Assembly (NCBI GenBank): GCA_963845145.1
Contig: CAWJQU010000005.1
Coordinates: forward strand, 1,152,001-1,216,000
Length of the DNA stretch: 64,000 nt
Direction: 5' to 3'
Origin: an uncultured delta proteobacterium
GTDB taxonomy: Bacteria; Desulfobacterota; Desulfobacteria; Desulfobacterales; QNYZ01
The position numbers were made by a program, and so were the translations under genes. The notes below the pieces were generated by a model. That model made no database searches, was not told the DNA's origin, and was given only the letters and a program-made list of their open reading frames with translations. Positions 20,689-30,990 of this stretch are shown piece after piece (the stretch's first letter is position 1; the number at the start of each line of letters is the position of its first letter).

Positions 20689-22208
20689 ACAAGCCGGATC
20701 TGACCATCGAAGACGTGGTACGAATCGCCCGTCAGCGGGTCATGGTTGATATTACACCGGAAACGGGTTTACGAATCCAACGCTCACGCGCCCTTGTGGA
20801 AAAATGGGTTGCCGAGGACAAGATTATCTATGGCATAACCACCGGCTTCGGTGCGCTCAGCCATACGCGAATTTCCGGAGACCAGACCCGCGTCCTTCAA
20901 CGCAATATTCTGATGAGTCATGCTGCGGGTGTGGGGGCGCCTTTGGCGGAAGAGGTCGTGAGGGCGATAATGGCCGTTCGGTTGCATGACCTGTCTCTGG
21001 GGCATTCGGGGGTACGCATCGAAACCTACCAACAGTTGATGACAATGCTCAACCAAGGGGTCTATCCGGTTGTGCCGGAAAAAGGATCGGTAGGTGCCAG
21101 CGGTGATCTGGCCCCCACCTCCCACTTGTGCCTGGTCATGATCGGTGAGGGCGAGGCTTTTTACGAGGGCTGCCGCGTGACAGGTGGCGAGGCCCTGGAA
21201 AAGGCGGGAATGAAACCGATCGCCCTTGAAGCCGGTGAGGGGCTGGCGCTGGTCAATGGAACCCAGGTGATGGCGGGACTTCAGACCTTGGTGGTTCACG
21301 ACGCTCACCGGCTCGCCAAAACTGCGGATATCGCCTGCGCCATGACGCTGGAAGTCCTCATGGGCAGCGATGCCGAGTTCGATCCCAAAATCCATCAGGT
21401 GCGCCCGCACCCGGGCCAGATCGATGCCGCCGACAATATGCGGCGACTGACCCACAACAGCCCTATTATTCAATCCCACAAGGGCTGCTCACGGGTCCAG
21501 GACGCCTATACGCTAAGGTGTTCGCCTCAGGTCCATGGCGCCACGCGCGACGCCATTCGGCATGTAGCGCAGGTGGTGGGAATCGAAATAAACAGCACCA
21601 CCACCAACCCGCTTATCTTCCCGGATGACGAAGATTTCAGGCTGGGCGGAAATTTTCATGGGCAGCCATTGGCATTAACGGCCGATTATCTTTCCATCGG
21701 ATTGGCTGAATTAGCCAATATTTCCGAACGCCGGGTGGAACGGCTGGTCAATCCCCAACTCAGCGAGCTGCCGGCCTTCCTGGTGGCCAAGGAGGGGCTT
21801 AATTCGGGATTTATGATTGCACAGTATACGGCAGCCGCACTGGTTTCAGAGAACAAAGTGCTGGCCCACCCCGCCAGTGTCGACTCCATCCCGACCTCGG
21901 CCAACAAAGAGGATCATGTGAGCATGGGCACCATTGCCGCACGCCAATGCCGGGATATTATGTTCAACACAGAACACGTTATCGCTGTGGAGCTGCTCTG
22001 CGCCGCCCAGGCCGTGGACTTGTTGAAGCTTCAAAAGGGGCTTTCGCCCAGTGGCGGGACCCTGGCGGCCTGGCAGGTGATTCGGGAAAGCGTTCCCTAT
22101 CTTGAAAACGATCGGCAGATTTCAAAAGATATTGAAACCATGACTGCGCTTGTGCGTAGCGGCGAGATCGTTTCCAGGGTGGAATCGGTGGTCGGGGAAT
22201 TGAAATAA
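20670..22208 (+). CDS. hutH: Histidine ammonia-lyase
   Basis: YGITTGFG, LMSHAAG, GSVGASGDLAP (MIO), QDAYTLRC, GGNFHG, EDHVSMG. Confidence 0.97.
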   Translation: MEKIFIDKPDLTIEDVVRIARQRVMVDITPETGLRIQRSRALVEKWVAEDKIIYGITTGFGALSHTRISGDQTRVLQRNILMSHAAGVGAPLAEEVVRAIMAVRLHDLSLGHSGVRIETYQQLMTMLNQGVYPVVPEKGSVGASGDLAPTSHLCLVMIGEGEAFYEGCRVTGGEALEKAGMKPIALEAGEGLALVNGTQVMAGLQTLVVHDAHRLAKTADIACAMTLEVLMGSDAEFDPKIHQVRPHPGQIDAADNMRRLTHNSPIIQSHKGCSRVQDAYTLRCSPQVHGATRDAIRHVAQVVGIEINSTTTNPLIFPDDEDFRLGGNFHGQPLALTADYLSIGLAELANISERRVERLVNPQLSELPAFLVAKEGLNSGFMIAQYTAAALVSENKVLAHPASVDSIPTSANKEDHVSMGTIAARQCRDIMFNTEHVIAVELLCAAQAVDLLKLQKGLSPSGGTLAAWQVIRESVPYLENDRQISKDIETMTALVRSGEIVSRVESVVGELK

Positions 22209-22353
22209 CCGACCTCAGGGATAAGCGTTGCCATTTAACCCCCCGTATTCTTTTTACCGAGTCCATCATTGTTTTTCGTATAATCATTATGGTAAACCCT
22301 GAATCCTTTGTAAGGCATTTCTATTGCGTCACTGATAAAAAGGTAGGGGTCGC

Positions 22354-22845
22354 ATGAAAGTGATATTTGTGGACCAAGAGCGTTGCCTGGCCTGCCGCAA
22401 CTGTGAGCGGGTCTGCTCCTTTCAGGACTCAGGCGGGTTCAAAAGGAAAAACAGCAATATCTGGGTTCATATTGACCTGGATGACAGAACCATATTCACT
22501 TTAACCTGCCCACAGTGTGAAACGGCCGCCTGCCTGGAGGTTTGCCCCACTGCCGCGATTCGACGGGACCCGGATACGCTTGCTGTGGTGGTCAATGAAA
22601 CCGCGTGCGTGGGATGTAAGATGTGCATCAACGCCTGTCCTTTCGGGTGCATTCATTTCGAAAACCTGCGTCGGGTTGCGGCCAAATGCAACCTGTGCAA
22701 CGGCGACCCCAAATGTGTTCAAAACTGTATGGCGGATGCATTGCATTTCGGCGATATCAATGAGCTGGCAGATAGAAAAAGGCGGAAAACCGATAAGACG
22801 ATTGTCAAAATGACGCGGTTTCTAAAAGGAGAACACCCGCGATGA
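22354..22845 (+). CDS. 4Fe-4S dicluster electron-transfer subunit (DmsB/HydN-like)
   Basis: CLACRNCERVC, CPQCETAACLEVCP, CVGCKMCINACPFG, KCNLC. Confidence 0.92.
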   Translation: MKVIFVDQERCLACRNCERVCSFQDSGGFKRKNSNIWVHIDLDDRTIFTLTCPQCETAACLEVCPTAAIRRDPDTLAVVVNETACVGCKMCINACPFGCIHFENLRRVAAKCNLCNGDPKCVQNCMADALHFGDINELADRKRRKTDKTIVKMTRFLKGEHPR

Positions 22846-24917
22846 GGGTAAAAACGATTGTCTCATCCGGCGTGGTCCCGACACTCTGCCGTATGTGCGA
22901 TACCCGTTGTGCCATTAATGTTCATATCAAAGATGGTGTTCTAACGGATATCACGCCGCTTGACGGTCACCCGATCAATCAGGGCCGAATCTGTCCCCGG
23001 GGGGGTGCCGCCATTGATCTGTTCTACCATCGTAACCGCATCCTCAAACCTTTAAAACGCCAAGACGACGGCTCGTTCTCCGAAATTTCCTATGACCAGG
23101 CTTTAGATGAGATCAGCACGAAATTATTGGCCCTTAAAGCCGAACACGGCGCTCACACGGTGGGTGCCTGGAAAGGCGAAGGGCTCGGATTTTACCAGCA
23201 GGAAGGGTACGTCCGTCGATTCATTCGGGCCTTTGGCTCTCCCAATTACTTTTCCAACGATTCTGCTTGCTTTAACGGCCGTTATCTCGGATACCATCTG
23301 GTGTGTGGATTCTGGAATGTATTTCCTGAATTCGACAAGGCGAAACTGATTCTGCTTCTCGGCACAAACCCGCCGATGTGCCATCCGCCGTTTATGCGTG
23401 AATTTGCCGACGCCCGCCAAAACGGTGCCAAGCTGGTGGTTATCGACCCGCGTCTGAATCCCATGGCCTGTTACGCCGATATTTTTGCCCAACCCTATCC
23501 GGGAACTGACGGCGCCTTGGGGTGGGGATTAATCAATTATTTAATCCAATCGAAAAATTACGATAGTGAAATGGTTGAGCGATTCGTCATCGGGTTCGAT
23601 AAGATCGCCGCCTATGCTGCCCAATTCACTCCCCAACGGGTTGAAAAAGAGAGTGGTATTTATCCCAAGGTCTTGGAGGAAATCGCCCAACTGATCATAA
23701 AAAACCGTCCTGACATCAGTATTTTTCCCGGGGCCGGGTTGGAGCATCATGAAAACGGGGTCAACAGTGTACGCACACTGGCCATTCTTTCCTGCCTCTG
23801 TGGCGCCCTGGGGCGTCCATGCGGTTTGTTTCGCCCTGAATCATTGAACATCCACCGGTTGGCCTTCGAGGATGAACCACTGTCTCCCGGATCCGAACTG
23901 TCCGATCCGATTGGGGCCGACAAATTTCCAGTGTTGTATGACATTCGTAAAGAGTGCCACACCATGACCGCCATGGATTATATGTTGGGTAAGGGGGAAT
24001 ATCCGCTGAAGGGGTTGCTTATCGCTGCTGCCAATCCGGCCGTCACCAACCCCAATACGGCCAAGGTGGAAAAAGCGCTGAAACAACTCGAACTTCTTGT
24101 CGTTAGCGACTTTTTTATTACCAAAACCGCTCGCCTGGCCCACTATATCTTACCGGCCGCCACTTTTCTGGAACGCGAAGAGCTCCATCTTTTTCATAAG
24201 TACCAGGTGGTCAACCTTACCCAATGCGTGGCGACGGTTGACGGCGTGTTGGACGAATACCGGATATGGCGCGAACTTGCGCTACGTATGGGCTTTGGGG
24301 AACAATACTTTCCCTGGAAAAACGAATCCGAAGTCAATCAATGGCTACTGGAGCCTATAGGAATTACCCCTGATTTTCTTAAAGAGCATCCCCGCGGCTT
24401 TGTCTATAAACCGATCAACTATCAAAAACATTTAACCGAAAATTTCCCCACACCGTCGGGTATGTTGGAATTTGCCTCTCCGTATTTAAAAGCACTGGGG
24501 CTTGATGAAATTCCAGAATTTACCCCACCGTACCACCGCCGGGATCGTAATAATCGCTTTCCCTTTGTGCTAACCACCGGCGCGCGGAAATCCCTGTTTT
24601 ACCATTCGCGGCATCAAAACATCCCTCGATTCCGCAATATTCATCCCGAAGCCGAGATGGAGATCCACCCTCAGGATGCATTGGCACTCCAAATTGCAGA
24701 TGGAGAGGAAGTCCGCGTGGTATCTGAAATGGGGGAGTTGGTCATCCGCGCTTCAATCAAACACCATTCGGAATTGCGTCGGGGTGTTGTGGAGATTTAC
24801 CACGGTTGGGAAGAGTGGCGGGTCAATTTTTTAACCTATGATGAAATCAACGACCCCATCAGCGGGTTTCCGCTGCTAAAAGCCGTACCCGTTCGCATTG
24901 AAAAAATAACAAATTAG
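22842..24917 (+). CDS. Mo/W-bisPGD (DMSO reductase family) catalytic subunit, cytoplasmic
   Basis: CRMCDTRC...CPRG Fe-S motif; VVIDPR, PGTDGAL, AHYILPAATFLER, EIHPQDA; no Tat signal. Confidence 0.92.
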   Translation: MRVKTIVSSGVVPTLCRMCDTRCAINVHIKDGVLTDITPLDGHPINQGRICPRGGAAIDLFYHRNRILKPLKRQDDGSFSEISYDQALDEISTKLLALKAEHGAHTVGAWKGEGLGFYQQEGYVRRFIRAFGSPNYFSNDSACFNGRYLGYHLVCGFWNVFPEFDKAKLILLLGTNPPMCHPPFMREFADARQNGAKLVVIDPRLNPMACYADIFAQPYPGTDGALGWGLINYLIQSKNYDSEMVERFVIGFDKIAAYAAQFTPQRVEKESGIYPKVLEEIAQLIIKNRPDISIFPGAGLEHHENGVNSVRTLAILSCLCGALGRPCGLFRPESLNIHRLAFEDEPLSPGSELSDPIGADKFPVLYDIRKECHTMTAMDYMLGKGEYPLKGLLIAAANPAVTNPNTAKVEKALKQLELLVVSDFFITKTARLAHYILPAATFLEREELHLFHKYQVVNLTQCVATVDGVLDEYRIWRELALRMGFGEQYFPWKNESEVNQWLLEPIGITPDFLKEHPRGFVYKPINYQKHLTENFPTPSGMLEFASPYLKALGLDEIPEFTPPYHRRDRNNRFPFVLTTGARKSLFYHSRHQNIPRFRNIHPEAEMEIHPQDALALQIADGEEVRVVSEMGELVIRASIKHHSELRRGVVEIYHGWEEWRVNFLTYDEINDPISGFPLLKAVPVRIEKITN

Positions 24918-24941
24918 ACATCGCCCTCGGTTTTTGGGGAA

Positions 24942-25037
24942 ACTCGATCCGGGTCCATCCTGATTTTGATCAACCCTGATTTGGATCAATCCTGGTTTTG
25001 ATCAATACCGGTCTGGGTCAATGCGGGTTTGAATCAA
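24942..25037. repeat. Degenerate 16-bp tandem repeat (about 6 units) overlapping the tatD stop
   Basis: actcgatccgggtcca / tcctgattttgatcaa / ccctgatttggatcaa / tcctggttttgatcaa / taccggtctgggtcaa / tgcgggtttgaatcaa. Confidence 0.8.
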
Positions 25038-25809
25038 TTTGGTACAGCCGGCAGGTATTTTGATAGATCTTGTCGGCTAGGGTCTCCGGGTCTTCTTGCC
25101 GGACTTGGGCCAATTTCAGCAGGACACTTTTCACAAAGGCCGGCTCGTTACGCCGGGTTTTGTTCTTTTGGGGTGCCGGTGTCAGATAGGGGGCGTCCGT
25201 CTCGATGAGGATTCGATCTTGGGGGATATGCGTGACCATTTGACGCAATGGTTTTCCGCGCTTTAAAATCGTCAGGATACCGGTGATCCCGATATGAAAC
25301 CCCAGAGAGAGGTACTGCTCCATCTCGTCTGGCGTGCCGCTGAAACAATGGATAACCCCGGTCCGACACGCATTCGGGTGGGCTCGAAGCAATTCCAGCA
25401 AACGGCCATCGCTGTCACGTTCGTGAATAATGATCGGTAACGACAGCGCGTCGGCCATCTCAAGTTGTTTTAAAAACCATTTTTCCTGATCCTGAACAGG
25501 GGAAAACATGCGGTTGAAATCAAGGCCAATCTCTCCCCAGGCTCTGACCTTGGTGTCGGAAGCTAAATGGCTGAGAATGTTTAAATCGGCATCCGAACAC
25601 TTTTTAGCATCGTGCGGGTGGACGCCAACGGCCGCATAAATGACTGAATAGCGATGGCTTAATTCCACCGCTTTTTCAACGCTGGAAGGGTTAACGCCGG
25701 CAATCATCATGGCGGCCACATCGTTTTCGCGAGCACGCGCCATAACGGCATCAAAATCGTCATCATAAACCGGATCATCGAGGTGGCAATGGCTGTCAAA
25801 TAATTTCAT
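25018..25809 (-). CDS. tatD: TatD family hydrolase
   Basis: DSHCH, GVHPH, GEIGLD, IHER, HCFSG, ETDAPYL, RNEP. Confidence 0.95.
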   Translation of the reverse strand: MKLFDSHCHLDDPVYDDDFDAVMARARENDVAAMMIAGVNPSSVEKAVELSHRYSVIYAAVGVHPHDAKKCSDADLNILSHLASDTKVRAWGEIGLDFNRMFSPVQDQEKWFLKQLEMADALSLPIIIHERDSDGRLLELLRAHPNACRTGVIHCFSGTPDEMEQYLSLGFHIGITGILTILKRGKPLRQMVTHIPQDRILIETDAPYLTPAPQKNKTRRNEPAFVKSVLLKLAQVRQEDPETLADKIYQNTCRLYQIDSNPH

Positions 25810-25993
25810 CTTGTCTCGTTTAAATTAAGCGCGTATGATAAAATGTTTTTTGAATGCAAATAGCATCCAAACCGGACCGATGCAACCTGCCGAAAAGGCA
25901 ACTCTGGGATGAATTTTCCCAGAGTCGGTATGGATTAAAGGTTAATCCTTCCATGGTTCTTATCGGCCGATAAAAATAGCTGGGGAGGCCCAT

Positions 25994-26824
25994 ATGTTTA
26001 AAATTGTCAGACGGGAAGAGATGGCCGGAGGCACGGTGATCTTAAATGAGATTGAGGCGCCCAAAATTGCCGGCAAAGAGAAACCCGGCCAGTTTGTGTT
26101 GTTGAAAGCCAATGAAGAGGGCGAGCGTATTCCCTTGACCATGGCGGAAACAGACGCTGAAAAGGGAACCATCACTATTATCTATATGGTGATCGGTAAG
26201 ACGACAGCCCTTTTTAAAACGCTTCAGGTGGGCGATGCTTTTCAGGATGTCATCGGCCCCTTGGGCAAGGCGACTCACATTGAAAATTTAGGTAAAATTG
26301 TTTGTGTCGGCGGCGGAACAGGGACCGCGGTTTTACACCCCATCACCCGGGCCATGAAAAACGCCGGCAACCATGTCATTACGATTTTAGGTGCTCGAAA
26401 TAAGGACCTGTTAATCCTTGAGGATATGATGCGGAATGTGTCGGATGATTTTTTTATTACCACCGACGATGGTTCCTATGGCCGGCACGGGCTGGTGACC
26501 GATCAGTTAAAGGATATCCTGGAAAAGGAAAAGATCAATCAGGTGGTGGCCATTGGCCCGGTCCCCATGATGAAGTTTGTTTCGCTCCTCACCAAAAAAT
26601 ATGATGTCCCCACGCTTGTAAGCTTAAACCCCATCATGGTGGACGGGACGGGGATGTGCGGATGTTGTCGTGTGACGGTAAACGACGAAACGAAGTTTGC
26701 CTGCGTGGATGGTCCGGAATTCGACGGCCACAAAGTCGACTACGACGAGTTGATGCTTCGCTTACAGGCTTATGCCGAAGACGAAAAAAAGTGTTACGAA
26801 AATTTCTGCAAATTACAGGGATAG
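25994..26824 (+). CDS. nfnA: Electron-bifurcating transhydrogenase small subunit
   Basis: PGQF, GERIPLT, GPLG, GPVPMMK, DGTGMCGCCRV...CVDGPEF. Confidence 0.9.
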   Translation: MFKIVRREEMAGGTVILNEIEAPKIAGKEKPGQFVLLKANEEGERIPLTMAETDAEKGTITIIYMVIGKTTALFKTLQVGDAFQDVIGPLGKATHIENLGKIVCVGGGTGTAVLHPITRAMKNAGNHVITILGARNKDLLILEDMMRNVSDDFFITTDDGSYGRHGLVTDQLKDILEKEKINQVVAIGPVPMMKFVSLLTKKYDVPTLVSLNPIMVDGTGMCGCCRVTVNDETKFACVDGPEFDGHKVDYDELMLRLQAYAEDEKKCYENFCKLQG

Positions 26825-26931
26825 ATCCGGTTTTTATATTCAAAATTTGGCTTAATCATTCATAGACGCTAACCGGCCATTTTAGCCCTGTTGAAAGTAA
26901 AACTGGAAAAGATGGATTTTAGGAGGAGTAG

Positions 26932-28335
26932 ATGACAAAAAAGAAGGAAGCAACACCACGACAGGTTATGCCGGAGCAGGCAGCCGATGTCCGCCGCAGG
27001 AATTTTGATGAGGTTCCCTTGGGTTTCGATGTGGAATTGGCTCAAGCGGAAGCATCCCGATGCCTTCAATGCCGTAAACCCGGATGTGTAGCAGGGTGCC
27101 CGGTGCAGGTCGACATTCCCGGCTTTATCGACCTGATCACGGAAGGCGATTTTACCGGAGCCATTCGAAACTTGTGGGGTAAAAACGCCTTACCGGCAGT
27201 TTGCGGTCGTGTCTGTCCCCAGGAAATCCAGTGCGAAGGTAAATGTATTGTCGGTAAAAAAGGCGATCCCGTGGCCATCGGCCATCTAGAACGATTCTGT
27301 GCTGATTACGAGCGCGAATACGGTACCGGCGAGTTACCCCCAACCGCTGATTCCACCGGAAAAAAGGTGGCGGTGGTGGGGTCCGGGCCATCGGGGCTGA
27401 CCGTGGCAGGTGATCTGATCATTAAAGGACACGCTGTAACGGTATTTGAAGCATTTCATAAACCGGGCGGTGTTTTGGTTTACGGCATTCCCGAATTCAG
27501 GCTTCCCAAAGATATCGTCGCCCAGGAAGTCCATTTTCTTGAACGCCTCGGTGTGACTGTTGAATGCAACGCCGTGGTGGGACGATCGGTGACCCTGGAG
27601 GAACTGTTTGAAGAGGGCTATGACGCCATCTATGTCGGTGTCGGGGCGGGATTGCCGCGCTTTATGAATCTCCCCGGTGAAAACCTGATCGGTATATTGT
27701 CAGCCAATGAATATCTAACCCGGGCCAACCTGATGAAAGCTTACAAGTATCCCGAAGTCGATACGCCGATTCCCATTGGAAAAAATGTCGTGGTGTTAGG
27801 GGCCGGGAATGTCGCCATGGATTCGGCTCGCACGGCCATGCGTTTGGGTGCGGACAGTGTCCGTATTGTCTACCGGCGATCCCGGGAAGAGATGCCGGCA
27901 CGGGCGGAGGAGATCCACCATGCCGAAGAAGAGGGAATCAAATTTGAACTGCTCACCAACCCCATCAAATACTTCGGAAATGACAAAGGCCGTTTAACCG
28001 GTATGACCTGTTTGCGGATGGAATTGGGCGAACCGGACGATTCGGGCCGGCGACGCCCGGTACCCATCGAAGGGTCCGAGTTTGATGTCGAAACCGACTT
28101 ATGCATCGTGGCCGTAGGATCAGGTGCCAACCCGATTTTGACCGAGTCTGAACCGGGGTTGAAGCTGAATCAATGGGGTTACATCGAGGCCGATCCTGAA
28201 ACCGGCAAAACCACAAAAAAAGGCGTGTGGGCCGGCGGCGACATCGTCACCGGTGCCGCCACCGTGATTCTGGCCATGGGTGCCGGACGAAAGGCAGCCG
28301 ATTCCATAGATGATTATCTGACCTGGGGGTGGTAG
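26932..28335 (+). CDS. nfnB: Electron-bifurcating transhydrogenase large subunit (GltD-like)
   Basis: EASRCLQC..CVAGCPV, CGRVCPQEIQCE, GSGPSG, YGIPEFRLP, GDIVTGAATVILA; paired with nfnA. Confidence 0.9.
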   Translation: MTKKKEATPRQVMPEQAADVRRRNFDEVPLGFDVELAQAEASRCLQCRKPGCVAGCPVQVDIPGFIDLITEGDFTGAIRNLWGKNALPAVCGRVCPQEIQCEGKCIVGKKGDPVAIGHLERFCADYEREYGTGELPPTADSTGKKVAVVGSGPSGLTVAGDLIIKGHAVTVFEAFHKPGGVLVYGIPEFRLPKDIVAQEVHFLERLGVTVECNAVVGRSVTLEELFEEGYDAIYVGVGAGLPRFMNLPGENLIGILSANEYLTRANLMKAYKYPEVDTPIPIGKNVVVLGAGNVAMDSARTAMRLGADSVRIVYRRSREEMPARAEEIHHAEEEGIKFELLTNPIKYFGNDKGRLTGMTCLRMELGEPDDSGRRRPVPIEGSEFDVETDLCIVAVGSGANPILTESEPGLKLNQWGYIEADPETGKTTKKGVWAGGDIVTGAATVILAMGAGRKAADSIDDYLTWGW

Positions 28336-28368
28336 GGCGGCACTGCTCGCTCGAAAGTATAAAAATAT

Positions 28369-28424
28369 AGGGCCCTGAAAGATTCTTATGTGAAAACCAA
28401 ATGAATCTTTCAGGGCCCTTTTTG
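28369..28424 (+). terminator. Intrinsic terminator between convergent genes
   Basis: 17-bp perfect inverted repeat agggccctgaaagattc...gaatctttcagggccct followed by a T-run. Confidence 0.8.
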
Positions 28425-28535
28425 TTTAGCAATTCCCGCCAACTTTACATCGCTTTTTCACTTACGAACAGAATCCAACAATTTAATAGGGTCACACATA
28501 AACAAACCGTCCTACCGAAGAAAAAATGTCACTCC

Positions 28536-29837
28536 TTACAACCGTTGGATCAAGTAAATATATGTCGGTATAGGACTCGAGGATTTTAACTTAAAAAATA
28601 ATTGTAACAAATCATCCTGTCTTTGATTATCCACGACCGGCCGCCCTTTTTGACGATCCATGAAAGGCGATAGGTAGATGGCCCCCTTTTTTGCCAAGGA
28701 ATCAGGCACGCTTTCGAGTAATTCGGTTAGAGATTGATTGTGATCAGGCGAAAGTTGCTCTCCCAGAAGAAAATTACCGGTAATTTCGATGCTGTCGAAA
28801 TTTTGATTGACTTCGAGCATTTTCTGGAAAGCATTGCGAATTTTAGAGGTATCAAGGGGCTTACGAAGACTCTCCAGAGTGGGGCCGTCAACAGATTCGA
28901 AGCCAACATTGATGTAGGTATAAAAAGGCAAATGGTTTAGTTCTTCAAACAATTTGTTGTCGGCTTCAAGCATGGAATCCACACTGCCAAATATGAAAAG
29001 GATCGGTTTCTTAGACCGTTTGTCCTCAAAACCGAAGGCCGCGACTGCTTCGGTGGCGCTCATGATTAGTTTATCACCTGCCCCAAGAGCATCGTGGTTA
29101 CCCAAAAACAGGGCTTTATAGTTCCCCAAATCGCGCCCATAAAAAGTTTTTAATCGTTGAATCTGCTGAAGGATATGATCGTTGGATCTGGGTTTAAAGT
29201 GTTGGGGGGATTTCACACAACAAAACTTGCAATGATACCGACATCCGTCGGCAATGATTAGGGGAATGACCTCATAGTCCACATGGCGCGTATCCGGTGG
29301 AAGTACTGAAATTCGCCCGCCGGTGATTTCCCGCAACATTTCCGCATGTGTGTGCAGTACGTTTTCATTGTTATCGACAATAGTGCTTAAAAAATCTTTA
29401 ATACCAGAGGGCGCATCGCCACGCTGCAACTCGTAAAGGCTTGCATATAACTGCGACCATGCCCCAAAAGCCTGCATTAAATTGGAATCCGTGTAGGGAT
29501 TGAACTCCCAAAGCGAATTGCTGGGATAGGGAAAACATGGAAGGTAATATTCACCCAGCCAGTCAATGATGCGGCTGATCCCGCTAGTTGAGCCTACCGA
29601 ATAGAAGACCCAGTCATTCCCATCGGTCCGTTTTAAAAAGGCATAGGGATGAGGCCAGCTTGCGTTGAGGCCACGAATGGATTTGATCTGACCTCTTAAA
29701 TTAAAGTGAAAGGCGTAATCGGGTGTCTTAATCTCAGAATATTTTCCAAATGGTTGTGGAGAACGTGCCTTTGCATAGTTTTTATTGCCTTCTTTTTCAC
29801 TGGTGATCATTAGGTTTTTAAGACGGTAAGATGCCAT
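28536..29837 (-). CDS. Radical SAM protein of unknown function
   Basis: GCRYHCKFC (CxxxCxxC) preceded by VLPPDTRHVDY; YINVGFES. Confidence 0.85.
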   Translation of the reverse strand: MASYRLKNLMITSEKEGNKNYAKARSPQPFGKYSEIKTPDYAFHFNLRGQIKSIRGLNASWPHPYAFLKRTDGNDWVFYSVGSTSGISRIIDWLGEYYLPCFPYPSNSLWEFNPYTDSNLMQAFGAWSQLYASLYELQRGDAPSGIKDFLSTIVDNNENVLHTHAEMLREITGGRISVLPPDTRHVDYEVIPLIIADGCRYHCKFCCVKSPQHFKPRSNDHILQQIQRLKTFYGRDLGNYKALFLGNHDALGAGDKLIMSATEAVAAFGFEDKRSKKPILFIFGSVDSMLEADNKLFEELNHLPFYTYINVGFESVDGPTLESLRKPLDTSKIRNAFQKMLEVNQNFDSIEITGNFLLGEQLSPDHNQSLTELLESVPDSLAKKGAIYLSPFMDRQKGRPVVDNQRQDDLLQLFFKLKSSSPIPTYIYLIQRL

Positions 29838-30075
29838 TTAATTCTTTCATTGTTTGAAGCGTGATACCTCCCGGACCACCCAGGGGATATTTGGTTAGAG
29901 CGTTCGATGTTCACGTGTCATTGTTTATCCATTATATCCATGGTATTTATTATGGTATTCGATTAAAATATTTTGTTTTAAACTGTATTATTTATAGATA
30001 GTTGTGAAGTGGTATGTTTGTCCAACGAATTATTTAGATTTAGATTATCGAAAATAACGATTAAGAACGGTAACA

Positions 30076-30980
30076 ATGAATCTGCAACAATTAAAAACCT
30101 TTCGAACCGCGGCCACTCTGTTGAATTTCAACCGAACCGCAAAAGTCCTTAACTATGCTCAATCCACGGTGTCGGCCCAGATAAAAGCTTTGGAGGAGGA
30201 GGTCGGTGTCCCTCTTTTCGAACGAATCGGTAAAAAGGTCAGCCTGACAGAGGCCGGTGGCAAGATGTTACTCTACACCCAAAAATTTCTTGCCATTGAA
30301 GCAGAGGCACTATCGGAGGTTACCGGGCGCCGTAATTCAGGGGGTATATTGACGATAAGGATGCCCCAGACTGTGGCCACTTATCACTTTCCGCAGATAT
30401 TGGCCGAATTTCAATCACAATCACCAGAGATCAGATTGGATATCAGCAGTTGTGCCCTATATAGCCTGGCGCATGAACTTCAAATTGGAACGGTTGATCT
30501 GGCATTTTTATTGGCCGAATCGGTCCAGTCCGATCATTTAAAAACAGCCGTCCTGGGTATCGAAGAACTGGTAATTGTGGCCGGCCGGCATAGCCCTTTG
30601 GCATCCAAAAAACGGGTTCATCTCCAAGATCTCAGGGATTATCCTCTTTTTCTACCTAAAGCCGATTGTGGCTATCGTATGACTTTCGAACAGACCTTGG
30701 TCGCCGAAAAGGTCGAGCCTCTGGCGATTCTAGAGCTTAATAGCATTGAAGCAATTAAAAAATGTGTCATCGCCGGATTGGGGGTAACGGTTATCCCCAA
30801 GATCGCGGTTCAAGAAGAGCTCGATCAAAAAAAATGGTTCAGTTGGCCTGGAATGAGGATTTGGAAGTGGCTTTGATAATGATCTGGCACAAAGAGCGAT
30901 GGATTTCGCCCACCCTGCAATTTTTTATGGATACGGTAAGGAAAGTGACGCGTCGTAATTATGGGACACCATTTGAATAA
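30076..30980 (+). pseudogene. LysR-family regulator with a frameshift in an A8 run (30827-30834)
   Basis: LNFNRTAKVLNYAQSTVSAQIKALE HTH; the C-terminus MVQLAW...IWHKERWISP continues in another frame to 30980. Confidence 0.82.
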
Positions 30981-30990
30981 AAGGGAAAAT

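Noticed and set aside
20670..22208. Ergothionase or Phe/Tyr ammonia-lyase instead of HutH
   Set aside because: SH specificity motif (LMSHAAG), ASG MIO triad and overlap with hutU fit a canonical histidase; activity on methyl-His is not excluded
25901..25925. Palindrome actctggga...tcccagagt as a Rex operator for nfnAB
   Set aside because: Spacing and sequence deviate from TTGTGAA-N4-TTCACAA; cannot be supported
26932..28335. Glutamate synthase small subunit gltD
   Set aside because: No gltB; paired with an NfnA-type gene, so NfnAB is the better call
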